Shown piece after piece: positions 47,655-57,367 of a DNA stretch of 64,000 nucleotides. Each line of letters starts with the position of its first letter. The first letter of the stretch is position 1. Origin of the DNA: Candidatus Methylacidiphilales bacterium (lineage in GTDB: Bacteria; Verrucomicrobiota; Verrucomicrobiia; Methylacidiphilales; UBA1321); the NCBI GenBank assembly GCA_041287705.1, contig JBGGNE010000021.1, forward strand, positions 12,282-76,281. The letters run 5' to 3'. The translations under genes and the position numbers were made by a program. Under the pieces are notes generated by a model, which saw nothing but the letters and a program-made list of their open reading frames with translations, did no database searches and was not told the DNA's origin.

Positions 47655-48911
47655 ATGAAAGGCCTCAACGATAACCCCATCTTCCAGATGGCGTGCCAGC
47701 AATTCGACGGCGCCGCGGATTACCTTCAGATCCCGCAGGCGGAACGTGAGCGCACCAAGTGGCCCAAGCGCCTCATCACCGTCACCGTGCCAGTCAAAAT
47801 GGACACCGGCGAAGTCAAAGTCTTCTACGGTTACCGCGTTCAGCATCACCTGACTCTGGGACCCACCAAGGGCGGTCTGCGATTTCACCCTGCAGTGGAT
47901 ATAGGCGAAGTGGCAGCACTGGCCATGTGGATGAGCTGGAAATGCGCTCTTGTGGGACTGCCCTATGGCGGCGCAAAAGGCGGAATTACATGCGACCCCT
48001 ACAAGCTCAGCATTGGCGAACTGGAGCGCGTTACCCGGCGCTATACCATGGAAATGATCCCCTTCATCGGCTCGCACATCGACGTGATGGCGCCGGATAT
48101 GGGCACCAATGAGCAGACAATGGCCTGGATGATGGACACTTATTCCGCCCAGGTAGGTCGCGCGGAGCCCAGCATTGTGACAGGCAAGCCCGTCAGTATT
48201 GGCGGCAGCCTGGGTCGCCGGGAAAGCACCGGTCGCGGCGTCTCCTTTCTCGCGGATCGCGCTGCGGATATTCTGAAACTTCCCAACGACAGCCGCGTTA
48301 TTATCCAGGGATTCGGCAACGTCGGCAGTGTGGCGGCTTACTCGCTGGCCAAATATGGCAACAGGATCATCGGCATTGGCGATCGCTCGGGAGCCGTCTA
48401 TAATCCCAAGGGCATCGAAGTCGTTGCGCTGCACGCGCACTTTCAGACTCACGGCACGCTTGAAGGCTTTGGCGAGGGCGATTTCATCACAAACGAAGAG
48501 TTGCTTATCCAGGAATGCGAAATCCTCGTCCCGGCTGCTTTGGAACGGGTCATAACTGAAGAGAACGCCGGGAAGCTGAAGTGCCGCATTCTTGCCGAAG
48601 GCGCAAACGGCCCCACCACGCCTGCCGCCGACGCCATCCTTCGCCAGCGTGACGATATCTTCCTCATTCCAGACATTCTTTGCAACGCGGGCGGTGTGAT
48701 CGTCTCCTACTTCGAGTGGGTGCAGGATCTTCAGAACTTCTTCTGGAGCGAGGTTGAAGTGTTCGACAAACTCTATCGCATCCTCACTCACTCCTTCGAC
48801 CAGGTCATAAAGGAATCCAAGCTGCGCAAGATCGATCACCGCACCGCCGCTCTGGCACTCGGTATCCAGAAGGTTGTGGAAGCCAAGAAGATACGAGGTC
48901 TCTTCCCGTAA
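47655..48911 (+). CDS. gdhA: NAD(P)-dependent glutamate dehydrogenase
   Basis: GPTKGGLRFHP, LPYGGAKGG (catalytic Lys), VIIQGFGNVGS and EGANGPTT. Confidence 0.95.
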   Translation: MKGLNDNPIFQMACQQFDGAADYLQIPQAERERTKWPKRLITVTVPVKMDTGEVKVFYGYRVQHHLTLGPTKGGLRFHPAVDIGEVAALAMWMSWKCALVGLPYGGAKGGITCDPYKLSIGELERVTRRYTMEMIPFIGSHIDVMAPDMGTNEQTMAWMMDTYSAQVGRAEPSIVTGKPVSIGGSLGRRESTGRGVSFLADRAADILKLPNDSRVIIQGFGNVGSVAAYSLAKYGNRIIGIGDRSGAVYNPKGIEVVALHAHFQTHGTLEGFGEGDFITNEELLIQECEILVPAALERVITEENAGKLKCRILAEGANGPTTPAADAILRQRDDIFLIPDILCNAGGVIVSYFEWVQDLQNFFWSEVEVFDKLYRILTHSFDQVIKESKLRKIDHRTAALALGIQKVVEAKKIRGLFP

Positions 48912-48946
48912 GAGAGAATCCTCCTCGGTTCAAGTTGATTGCATTA

Positions 48947-48988
48947 TTTTCCATTACAGGCCACAAATGGGTGGTCTGTAATGGAAAA
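48947..48988 (+). terminator. Long hairpin after gdhA (possible terminator)
   Basis: ttttccattacaggccac / aaatgg / gtggtctgtaatggaaaa gives about 17 bp of pairing with one bulged t. No downstream U-tract. Confidence 0.35.
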
Positions 48989-49052
48989 GTTATGTACACA
49001 GTGATACCACGTCATTACTAGTGTATACACTTTAGAACAACCTATCGCCCGT

Positions 49053-50294
49053 ATGTCGCAATCCGCCTGGCCGCGAATAATTCCTCAGCTCTATCCGGAG
49101 CTATCCCCGGAGGAGTATACCCAATTTTTGGATGATAAAGAGTTCGAGCGTGTCAAAGGTCTGCGTCAGATTCTGATTCTGCCCTTTTTTGACGAGAAAT
49201 CGACGTTTGAAGAGCGCGTCTTTGCCATAGGTTTTCAGAAGCTGATGATTCGGGATATACGGCTCCACCCCGAGCTTAGTGTTCTTGGTCCTGAAGATTC
49301 CGCTATGCTGGCACTCTCAGAAGTCGACACCAATCTCCTCCGCTTTGCGAACAAGATACTGATTGGTGGGGCTTTAGGTCTTGGGCCAAATCGCTTCACA
49401 TGCAAGATAGCCCTTGGAAAAAAAGGGCTGGCAAAGCCAGTGCTTATTGACTGCAACAATCTTGACGACTTTACGCTGCAGTGCAGACACGGCATTCTCT
49501 CCCTCCTTGGTCTTGAGGAAGACGAATTGCTGGCCAGCCGATGCAAGAAGGGCAGACCTCAGCAGCCTTATGACATATTCGCGCTGGGCCAGTTGCAACT
49601 GGAATCTACCAAGTACGTAACCCAGGAAGATATTGATGAAGTAAAGGCTCATTTTAAAGAGACCTGTTACTTCACGTTGCCGGCTTCGATAATCGAGGAT
49701 GAGCTAAGTGATTTTGATCTGGTAAAGGCCTATTATCACGATGAGTACGATGTTCAGCTTCTCTGCACTCTCGCCCGCACTTTGAGTAAAGGAGACGAGC
49801 CCGACCTCATTGCTCTGCAGTTTCTTCGCAAAGCCATTGAACTGGCGCCTGGCTTTGGCAAAGCATACATGTTCGTTATTACCTTTGCTCCTCAGGACCC
49901 GGGCCTTGAGAAGCACGCTTTCCTGGCTCAGCATCTGTTGCCGTCCAACTCTTTCGCCATCAGTCGTTACCTGGGCTATATGATCCGGCACGAACTCCCG
50001 CTTCCGGACGAGCATCTGATCTACAGAGCTATTGAGCTCGATCCGGAAAACAGTGCGACTTACTGGCAGGGAATCAATCTGTTCGCAACACTGGATCGTC
50101 CACGCAAAGCTCTGGAGCTTGCCTATCAGCTCAAGAAATTACTCACACCCCCACTTTCCGAGCGGACGATCTATTGCCTTCGGGTAACTCCTGCCGGCGC
50201 CGCCGATTTCGACAAAGGTTTGGAGGAGCTGATGAAGCCCGTAGACAAAATCATTGCGACCCTTACCGACATGGTAAAGCTGATCGGAGGATAG
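49053..50294 (+). CDS. Hypothetical protein, helical-repeat (TPR-like) C-terminal half
   Basis: A long ORF with protein-like composition. Its GC is visibly lower (about 45-48%) than its neighbours. LRKAIELAPGFGKAY and YRAIELDPENSATYW resemble TPR helices. Confidence 0.5.
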   Translation: MSQSAWPRIIPQLYPELSPEEYTQFLDDKEFERVKGLRQILILPFFDEKSTFEERVFAIGFQKLMIRDIRLHPELSVLGPEDSAMLALSEVDTNLLRFANKILIGGALGLGPNRFTCKIALGKKGLAKPVLIDCNNLDDFTLQCRHGILSLLGLEEDELLASRCKKGRPQQPYDIFALGQLQLESTKYVTQEDIDEVKAHFKETCYFTLPASIIEDELSDFDLVKAYYHDEYDVQLLCTLARTLSKGDEPDLIALQFLRKAIELAPGFGKAYMFVITFAPQDPGLEKHAFLAQHLLPSNSFAISRYLGYMIRHELPLPDEHLIYRAIELDPENSATYWQGINLFATLDRPRKALELAYQLKKLLTPPLSERTIYCLRVTPAGAADFDKGLEELMKPVDKIIATLTDMVKLIGG

Positions 50295-50341
50295 ACTGCG
50301 GAAGTAGCCAGCCGTCTTAAGCCACCTCCGGTCTCGCGTGC

Positions 50342-51310
50342 TTACGCTCGCTGTCGCAACTCCAGTTTCATTCCGTCGAAGGCAGGCGCGGCATTTGGCG
50401 GAAGTTCGGAGAGCAACTGCTCATGGGGCTTTTCGTGGGTCAGGTGCGTCAGGTAGATCTGCTTTGCCTGCATCACACGGCCCGCCTCCAGAGCTTCCGC
50501 CACAGACATGTGCGTGGGGTGCGGTTTCTCTCTCAGGCCGTCCACAATAAGGACATCCGCGCCAAATGCCGCCTCATTGGCGGGCTCGGGGACGGCTTTG
50601 CAGTCGCTCATGTAGGCAAGGCGCGGGCTGTTAGGCATGTCGGCGCGCTCAAAGATAAACCCGAGCGATCCTGAGCGACCGTGCGGCAGCTCGACTGCTG
50701 TAATCCGCAGATCTCCCAGCACGAAGGGCTTCAGCGGCTGGATGACATAGGGCGTTACGTTAACGTAGGTGATGTACTCAGGAAACGTGAATGCCCAGGG
50801 AAAGCACCGGTTGAGCGCATCCAGCGTCTGCTGGCGACTGTAAATGGGCATGGGTGCTGCCGTAGTTTCACAAAAGCGGCGCAGGTCGTCAAAGCCCATG
50901 ATGTGATCCGCGTGATCATGCGTGAAAAGCACAGCATCGATACGCCTTAATCCTTCCCGGCATCCCTGCAATCGAAGCTCTGGCGTCGTATCAACCAGGA
51001 TATTTGTCGTGGGTGACTCCACGTAAATGGAGGAACGCGTGCGCTTGTCCCGCGGGTCTTTCGAGTGGCAGACCTCGCAGTCACACGCGATCATTGGCAC
51101 TCCCTGCGATGTGCCCGATCCCATGACAATCACCTTAAAGGCGAAGCCAGGATCCGCCTTTGAGGCTGCCGAGTCAGAGACATGCCATGTACCTGCTTGC
51201 TCCACGGGGACAGGGACAGTAAATGTCCCCGCAGCGGCAGGTGTGCCGGGGATTGGCAGTTTGCCCGTTTCAGGTGTCGGCGGATCAAATGGACCGGTGG
51301 GATTACTCAT
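50342..51310 (-). CDS. MBL-fold metallo-hydrolase (PhnP/beta-CASP-unrelated small type)
   Basis: VMGSGTSQGVP...CDCEVC..., the zinc motif LFTHDHADHIMG and ...LTHLTH. The start is ATG 51310 (MSNPTGP). Confidence 0.8.
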   Translation of the reverse strand: MSNPTGPFDPPTPETGKLPIPGTPAAAGTFTVPVPVEQAGTWHVSDSAASKADPGFAFKVIVMGSGTSQGVPMIACDCEVCHSKDPRDKRTRSSIYVESPTTNILVDTTPELRLQGCREGLRRIDAVLFTHDHADHIMGFDDLRRFCETTAAPMPIYSRQQTLDALNRCFPWAFTFPEYITYVNVTPYVIQPLKPFVLGDLRITAVELPHGRSGSLGFIFERADMPNSPRLAYMSDCKAVPEPANEAAFGADVLIVDGLREKPHPTHMSVAEALEAGRVMQAKQIYLTHLTHEKPHEQLLSELPPNAAPAFDGMKLELRQRA

Positions 51311-51508
51311 ATAAACTCGACCTGCGAGAATGCCCGCGAATCCAGAGCCAATCCAGTGCAAAACCGCATATCGGGGGCTTTTATTCGCTTCAACACAGGA
51401 TTGGTCTTTTACAGTTCGCAGACTGGATTGCAGGTGAATGTTTAGATCTGGAGAATTCTTAAAATTACACTTTATCTATCACATCCAAGGCATACAGTAA
51501 TGTCCTGA

Positions 51509-52837
51509 TTGACTACATCACTGACTTTTCCACCTTACGAAAGTACGATTAAGAATGGTCCGGCCAAAGGCTCTCCAGAGTTCGAAGCAGCTTTTGACCG
51601 TTACGAAACTCTTATCGAGAATCAGTCCTTTACTCTTGCGCTCGATGTATTGAATGACCTTCTTGTCAAATGGCCCGGGGCGCGGTTTGAGTATAGTGTA
51701 ATAGAACTGGCAGTAGTGGCGCAGTTGTTCCGTATTAATTCCGAAACTGACCACAACTCCGTATCGCGCCCTTTTCCTCATTTTCCGGGTAAGGCAGCCG
51801 CGTTACAGGCCATTCGAAACTGCTGCCTTATGCCATATGAGGCTGAACACGTAGAAATGTCACTTGCGGCAGGTATCCTGTGGATGGGACGAATAGGCTG
51901 GGACCGGGAAGCGGCTGCTATATTAACTCAGGCTCTGGGAAATCCCACATCACATTATACCGTTGGCCGCGTCTGGTACGAAGTGGTGTTTGAAGGCGGA
52001 TTTGCCATTCCGCAACGCTTTAGTCTCTTTGAGGCAGGCTATACGGAAGCGGCACGACTGGCATTTACCAGGCATCTTTATACACTCGCAGACCGCGGCA
52101 GCCGTTGGGAGGTCGCGCTTATTCTTAAATATCGCGGCCCCTGGCTGGCCGAACATCCTTTTAGCTGGAGTACTGTTGGTAATTGTCTTCACCATGCGGG
52201 AAGGCACCGTGAATGCATCGAATGGATGAAAGACTGGAAACGCCCTGGCGCAACCGCCGCGGCTCTCGGTAACTTAGCAGAATCTCTGCGCATTGAGAAA
52301 CGCTATAGTGAAGCCTATGAGGTGAACAACTACAGTATTCATCACATACATGATCCAGAGAACAACCAGATACACCATGCAATACTAGCGGCGCAGGATG
52401 CCGTAGAAGGACGCTTCACCAGCGCTCAGCATTACTACGACAAAACGCATTCCAGCGAATATATTGATACAAGCAGAAGCTTTGAAGGACAGATAGCAGA
52501 GCAGCTTTTGCGCGTACACCACGCACCCCCGGGAGATGAAAGAGAGCAACTTGCCAAGGCAGCAATAAACCGCCTCACAGAACAATGGCGAAAGATACAG
52601 TATAAAAGCTGGAACGTGCAGACGAGCACCAACATGCTTCTTGATCAGGCCGTTGCGCAGCTAAGCATCCTGACGGGAAACAGGATCAGCAAGTCTGGGA
52701 TGCATCTGGAACGCTGCCTCTATTTTGGTGCCAGACTGGTTGTAGCATTGCTCCTTGGGATGGTAATACTGGTTGTTGTTTGCGCCGGCGTCCTGCTTGT
52801 GTATAGCGTTTTCAAGGCCGCCCTGCACATTTCCTGA
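51509..52837 (+). CDS. Hypothetical helical-repeat protein with C-terminal transmembrane anchor
   Basis: 442-aa ORF with a TTG start and low GC (about 42-48%). The C-terminal hydrophobic segment is LVVALLLGMVILVVVCAGVLLVY. No catalytic motifs were recognised. Confidence 0.45.
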   Translation: MTTSLTFPPYESTIKNGPAKGSPEFEAAFDRYETLIENQSFTLALDVLNDLLVKWPGARFEYSVIELAVVAQLFRINSETDHNSVSRPFPHFPGKAAALQAIRNCCLMPYEAEHVEMSLAAGILWMGRIGWDREAAAILTQALGNPTSHYTVGRVWYEVVFEGGFAIPQRFSLFEAGYTEAARLAFTRHLYTLADRGSRWEVALILKYRGPWLAEHPFSWSTVGNCLHHAGRHRECIEWMKDWKRPGATAAALGNLAESLRIEKRYSEAYEVNNYSIHHIHDPENNQIHHAILAAQDAVEGRFTSAQHYYDKTHSSEYIDTSRSFEGQIAEQLLRVHHAPPGDEREQLAKAAINRLTEQWRKIQYKSWNVQTSTNMLLDQAVAQLSILTGNRISKSGMHLERCLYFGARLVVALLLGMVILVVVCAGVLLVYSVFKAALHIS

Positions 52838-52994
52838 ACCGGAAAATTGGCGTCAAAGTTGAACTTGTCGTAACTGCTTGCCGCACAGGACAGCGCGTCG
52901 TTGCCGATTCTTTGCGCTTGCCGATCGCGGTCAGGATGCGAATCTAACCCTCCCATCCGGGCTCGATTACGACCAAGACGACGACACGAACGGC

Positions 52995-55166
52995 ATGCAT
53001 CTCAATCCCTCCCAACAGAATGTAGTAAACTCGCACGATAAGCGCCTGCTGGTACTGGCTGGCGCCGGTACGGGCAAGACGGCGACAAGCGTGCACTGGG
53101 TGGCAGCGCGGATTAAGGCGGGCGCGGCAGCGCGGTCGCAGGTGCTCATGATCACCTTTACTCGCAAGGCGGCGAATGAAATGGCCTCCCGCGTGGAGCG
53201 ACTTATCGCCGGAGTACCTAAGCAGTGGGAGAAGGAGCAGTTGATGGTGGGCACCTATCACGCCGTGGCCAGCCAGTTGCTTCGCGAGGATCCGGAACCC
53301 TTTGGGCTGCGAAACCGCTATTTTACGACGCTGGACGAATCACAGGGCAAGAGCGTGTGGAAGAGCGCACTGCGTCAGGCTCAGGTGGAGCCGGACGATT
53401 TTCTGCATAATCCCGCCAAGCTCTCAGCGCTCTACAGCCTTGCGCGCAACAAGCGTCAGGATCTGCACGCTGTGTATGAGGAAGTCTTTGGGGAGGGCGC
53501 CGCGGAAGCGGTTTCGATGGCAAAGATGTATGAGAAGCTGAAGAAGGCCGCCAACGCGGTGGATTATGACGATCTGCTGGTGCTGTGGGCCGACCGCCTG
53601 GCCGCGGACGAAGCCTATGCAGCCAAGCTTCGCAATCGCTGGCGCTATGTGCTGGTGGATGAGATGCAGGACAACAATCAGCTGAATTCGGCGATCATCG
53701 AAGGACTGAGCCCGGAAAATCTTCTGGTTGTGGGAGATGCGAATCAGTCCATCTACGGTTTTCGCGGTTCGGACGTGACTCTCATCAACGATTTTCCCAA
53801 GCGGCACCTCGGCGCCAGAGTGCTGAAGCTGGAGAGCAACTACCGAAGCGGCCAGAAGATTCTGGATCTGGCCAACCGCATTGTGGCGGGAACGGACTCC
53901 GCCCTGCGCCTGCAAAGCGCAAAGACCGACACGCCCAGCGACATCAAGTTCCTGGCCTGCCCCACTTCAGACGATGAAGCCGCCTGCGTGGTGCAGTGGA
54001 TCAAAACGAAGAAGAATCGCCATAACTACGCGGTGCTGTCTCGCGGATCGCGATCGCTCTACGCCGTCGAGAGCAAGCTGATGGCGGAGGGCATCCGCTA
54101 TAAGAAATACGGCGGCATGTCGTTCGCGCGCGCTGCGGAGATTCAGGACTTTCTGAGTTTTCTGGTTGTATCGCTGAATCACGCGGACGGCGTTTCCTCG
54201 CTGCGCGTGCTGACTCAGTTCCCGGGCGTGGGTGAAAAGAAGGCCGCGAAGCTGGTAGAAGAAGAGGCGGATACCGGTGCGCATCAGTTCGATCTCTTTG
54301 CACGCAGCCGTGAGCCCTTCTCCGCATGGCCGCGACAGGCGCAGGAAGTTATGCAGAAGCTGACCAGCGAACGCGGCATGGCCGCCAAGGTTAAGTATCT
54401 GCAGAACGCCATTGAGCCGCTGATCAAGGCGAACTATCCGAAGGATTACGACCAGCGCATGAACCGGATCGGTACGATGTCCGACGACATCGGAAATCTG
54501 GAGGAACAGGCCTTTCTCGATAAGTACTCGCTGGGCGGAGAGCCGAATGACAATCACCCCGAAGACTATGCAGTGCTCAGCACAGTGCACAGCGCGAAAG
54601 GTCTCGAATGGGACGGTGTGTGGGTAATGGGTGCAGGCAACCTGCAGGTGCCGCATCCCCGCACCCGCGACGACTCCGCGCAGATTGCCGAAGAACGCCG
54701 CCTCTTTTACGTGGCCGTGACTCGCGCGCGCCAGAATCTGATCATTTCTTACCCGACAATTCTGGAGACTCCCGACAAATTCTCCGCCAGCGGCGCCGAA
54801 GATGACGAGGAAGCCACCACAGAAGCAGGCGAAGAGAAGAAGAAAAAGGTGGCGCCTGAGCGCCCCCCCGGCAAGGAACAGTTACCGACACCATTTCTGG
54901 AAGCAGATACTCCCTGGCGTATGGCCGTGCCTCCGCCACCAGGCGCGATCGCGGGCGGTCGCCCCGTGGGACGGTTTGGCCCTGGCCCGGTTGGTGCTGG
55001 GGCCGGCACGGGGACAAGCGGAAACTCGGCCTGGGGCAAGCGCCGCGATGGAGACGGAACAGCTCAGCATGGCGCGGGCTCGGGCGGCGCGAACCGAGTA
55101 CGCGGCGGAGATAAGAAGTTCCAGGGCAAGAATTTCAAATCACCGGGCCAGCGCGGGTTATTCTAA
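52995..55166 (+). CDS. UvrD/Rep/PcrA-family superfamily-1 DNA helicase with Gly/Arg/Pro-rich C-terminal tail
   Basis: LNPSQQNVV...LVLAGAGTGKT (Ia/Walker A), VLVDEMQDNNQ (DEXQ), VGDANQSIYGFRG, TVHSAKGLEWDGVWV and FYVAVTRAR. The start is ATG 52995. Confidence 0.9.
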   Translation: MHLNPSQQNVVNSHDKRLLVLAGAGTGKTATSVHWVAARIKAGAAARSQVLMITFTRKAANEMASRVERLIAGVPKQWEKEQLMVGTYHAVASQLLREDPEPFGLRNRYFTTLDESQGKSVWKSALRQAQVEPDDFLHNPAKLSALYSLARNKRQDLHAVYEEVFGEGAAEAVSMAKMYEKLKKAANAVDYDDLLVLWADRLAADEAYAAKLRNRWRYVLVDEMQDNNQLNSAIIEGLSPENLLVVGDANQSIYGFRGSDVTLINDFPKRHLGARVLKLESNYRSGQKILDLANRIVAGTDSALRLQSAKTDTPSDIKFLACPTSDDEAACVVQWIKTKKNRHNYAVLSRGSRSLYAVESKLMAEGIRYKKYGGMSFARAAEIQDFLSFLVVSLNHADGVSSLRVLTQFPGVGEKKAAKLVEEEADTGAHQFDLFARSREPFSAWPRQAQEVMQKLTSERGMAAKVKYLQNAIEPLIKANYPKDYDQRMNRIGTMSDDIGNLEEQAFLDKYSLGGEPNDNHPEDYAVLSTVHSAKGLEWDGVWVMGAGNLQVPHPRTRDDSAQIAEERRLFYVAVTRARQNLIISYPTILETPDKFSASGAEDDEEATTEAGEEKKKKVAPERPPGKEQLPTPFLEADTPWRMAVPPPPGAIAGGRPVGRFGPGPVGAGAGTGTSGNSAWGKRRDGDGTAQHGAGSGGANRVRGGDKKFQGKNFKSPGQRGLF

Positions 55167-55216
55167 GACGTGACCATAAATTTTCTCTCCATGAACTATT
55201 TGTTTTCGCTTACAGA

Positions 55217-56164
55217 CTAGCGGTTATATTCCAGTCCTGCGACTTCCATTGTGGCACGCAGAATTGTTTCCCAGAGTACGGGGTCTTTGATTGCAGCGTT
55301 CTGATCGATCAGGCTGAGCTTACCCACACCTGCGGCTTTCAGCAGGTCGCTCGGCACCTTAAGGAAAACGCGATAGACCGCGAGCTGGCCTTTGGTGCCT
55401 CCACCGGCCTTGTTGACAATGGCATCAACCAGCGGCTTCAGCTTCTGACCATCGACAGGGAAAGTGGCAGGGACGGACGCATCATCTGCGGAATCGCTCA
55501 TGGGAGCAGAATTGGGTGTGCGGGCAGAGCCCTGCGGACCAAAACCAGGGGAAATCGGCGCGGCAGGAGAAGGAGGGCGCATTGAAGTAACGCCAGCGCG
55601 TGGAACAAAAGAGGGCTTCACAGGTGCCTGTTTGGGAGGAGGTGGCGCCAGAGAAGCAGCCGCCGGAGGAAGTGGCACAGTCTGCTGGCCGGCAGCCGAC
55701 TGCGCTTGAGGGTGGCCCTGAGGAGGATGAGCGCCGGAGGGCGGCGGCGCCATGAGGGAAGGTGCCTGGATTTTCTCCAGCGCTGCGAGCAGGGATTTCT
55801 CCAGCTGCTCCACGCTGGTGGAAATGCTGGACGCTATTGTGGAGGAAATGCCGGATGCCATCGCCTCCATGGCGACCAGCTGTTCGCGAGAAGCTGTCTG
55901 CACCTTATAATTCTGTGACGCGTGCCAGAACTCCCCGTAGCTGATCGGTTCAGCGCGGACCAGACCGTGCTCCAGAAGGCGCTCCAGAGCCTGGGTAACG
56001 GCGGCTTCGGTAATGCCCAGAGAGCTGCCGATCGAACTGCCCGGTTTTATTCCATCACACTGCTCCAGCACTTGCCAGTCATGGTAGTAGAGGAGAGGTT
56101 CTTCGCCAACGTGACTGCATGCAGCGGTTCGGCGGTAGGGCAGATGCGGATTCATAGCCATCAA
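55217..56164 (-). CDS. Hypothetical protein: N-terminal winged-helix-like segment, long Pro/Ala-rich linker, unknown C-terminal domain
   Basis: SSIGSSLGITEAAVTQALERLLEHGLVRAEP resembles a MarR/wHTH recognition helix. About 100 aa of low-complexity P/A/S follows. The gene is co-oriented with the second CheX-like gene and starts 24 nt downstream of it. Confidence 0.5.
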   Translation of the reverse strand: MMAMNPHLPYRRTAACSHVGEEPLLYYHDWQVLEQCDGIKPGSSIGSSLGITEAAVTQALERLLEHGLVRAEPISYGEFWHASQNYKVQTASREQLVAMEAMASGISSTIASSISTSVEQLEKSLLAALEKIQAPSLMAPPPSGAHPPQGHPQAQSAAGQQTVPLPPAAASLAPPPPKQAPVKPSFVPRAGVTSMRPPSPAAPISPGFGPQGSARTPNSAPMSDSADDASVPATFPVDGQKLKPLVDAIVNKAGGGTKGQLAVYRVFLKVPSDLLKAAGVGKLSLIDQNAAIKDPVLWETILRATMEVAGLEYNR

Positions 56165-56188
56165 TCTATCCGGCAGGCTGACGGTGGT

Positions 56189-56653
56189 TTAAGACTGAAG
56201 AGCAGGCACGTCGGGGCCCAGCACAATGCCCAGGATTCCCTTATGGGATTCCCAGTTGATGTCATAGGCAAACTGCGGCATACCGTCGGGGATGGGAAGG
56301 TCTTCGCCTTTTGATATGGCGATGGGAAGCGACACGCGGAAGCTGCTTCCAAAGTGCTCACGCGCATTGCTGGTCACGATGCTGGCGATTTCTCCCACGG
56401 CATCGCGGATCATCTCCGAGTCCTGCTGCTGCTCGCCAAGGCGGGTCAGCAGAGTCTTGGCCATTGGCCGTGTAAAGGAGATGTAGATCCAGCCGGGGGA
56501 GCTGCCGCTAAAACGGATAAAGCCGGTGTAGTCGAGCAGGCGCGGCGTGCCGAACTCGATGGATGGGCTTCCCAACTGGGGAGAGCAGCGCGTGGAATGC
56601 GTGAAGTAATTGCAGATGAGTTGTACGAAAACCGCAAGTTGGCCGTCGTCCAT
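56189..56653 (-). CDS. CheX-like protein, paralog 2 (catalytic Asn replaced by Ser)
   Basis: YTGFIRFSGSSPGWIYISF...DAVGEIASIVTSNAREHFGSSFRVSLP fits D-x3-E-x2-S-x18-P. I place the start at ATG 56653 (MDDGQLAV). The ORF-track GTG 56860 would add a Cys-rich, low-GC 69-aa extension. Confidence 0.6.
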   Translation of the reverse strand: MDDGQLAVFVQLICNYFTHSTRCSPQLGSPSIEFGTPRLLDYTGFIRFSGSSPGWIYISFTRPMAKTLLTRLGEQQQDSEMIRDAVGEIASIVTSNAREHFGSSFRVSLPIAISKGEDLPIPDGMPQFAYDINWESHKGILGIVLGPDVPALQS

Positions 56654-56881
56654 AAGAGTGTCCTCCGCTGGTAAGTGAGTAATACTATACAGGCTTGGTC
56701 TGATATTGCCAGCCGGCACGAGCCCGGAGAGCCTGCATTTTTCAGACTCCGGATTCCGGAATATGCCGGCGCAATAGTTCAACTGCCCAATAGAGGATCG
56801 ACACTTCGGTTGATAAACGTAAGCATTTGTGCAACAAAACAACACGATTTGAGTACCCACTTCAGCTAAATCATACTCCCC

Positions 56882-57337
56882 TTATTTGCTGCTAATAGCA
56901 ATAACGATGTATGACTTATAGTTTTGCCATTTAATGGGAATAATGAAATGGGGAATTTCGCGCGGCAGGCGGACGGTGGAAATTCCCTGAATGACGACCG
57001 GCACGGAAATCAGGAAGCCGGCCCCGAGATCGCGCTGGGCGTTACCAGCAATCGTATTGGCGATTTCGCCGACGAAATCAAGCGCCAGATCTGGCGCGCC
57101 ATAATCTTCGCCGGAAAGCTTCATCAGCGCCTCCAGCATCTGGCGGCTGGCGCTGTAGTACACGCAGCCGCGGTAAGAGCCGGAAATGCCGATAACAGCG
57201 GCGCAATCAAGCAGAAAGTCATCCTTCTCCGTGTCTTTTAAATAGGGCATGCCGACTTCGGCGGAGCGTCCCGCAACCGTCTCGAAGTAATTGACAGCGC
57301 CGTTAACGAAGGTTTTCAGTTGGGTTTCCATAGACAT
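56882..57337 (-). CDS. cheX: CheX-like CheY-P phosphatase, paralog 1
   Basis: DCAAVIGISGSYRGCVYYSA...DFVGEIANTIAGNAQRDLGAGFLISVP has the D-x3-E-x2-N...P motif of the CheC/CheX/FliY family. Confidence 0.7.
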   Translation of the reverse strand: MSMETQLKTFVNGAVNYFETVAGRSAEVGMPYLKDTEKDDFLLDCAAVIGISGSYRGCVYYSASRQMLEALMKLSGEDYGAPDLALDFVGEIANTIAGNAQRDLGAGFLISVPVVIQGISTVRLPREIPHFIIPIKWQNYKSYIVIAISSK

Positions 57338-57367
57338 AGGGGCGTCTTCTTAAGGGGTGGCGATCAA

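Noticed and set aside
56654-56860. Upstream GTG start (56860) giving a 223-aa version of CheX paralog 2
   Set aside because: The extra 69 aa (MGTQIVLFCCTNAYVYQPKCRSS...) are Cys-rich, lie in low-GC sequence and have no CheX counterpart. The ATG at 56653 aligns with the start of paralog 1. This remains uncertain without transcript or proteomic data.
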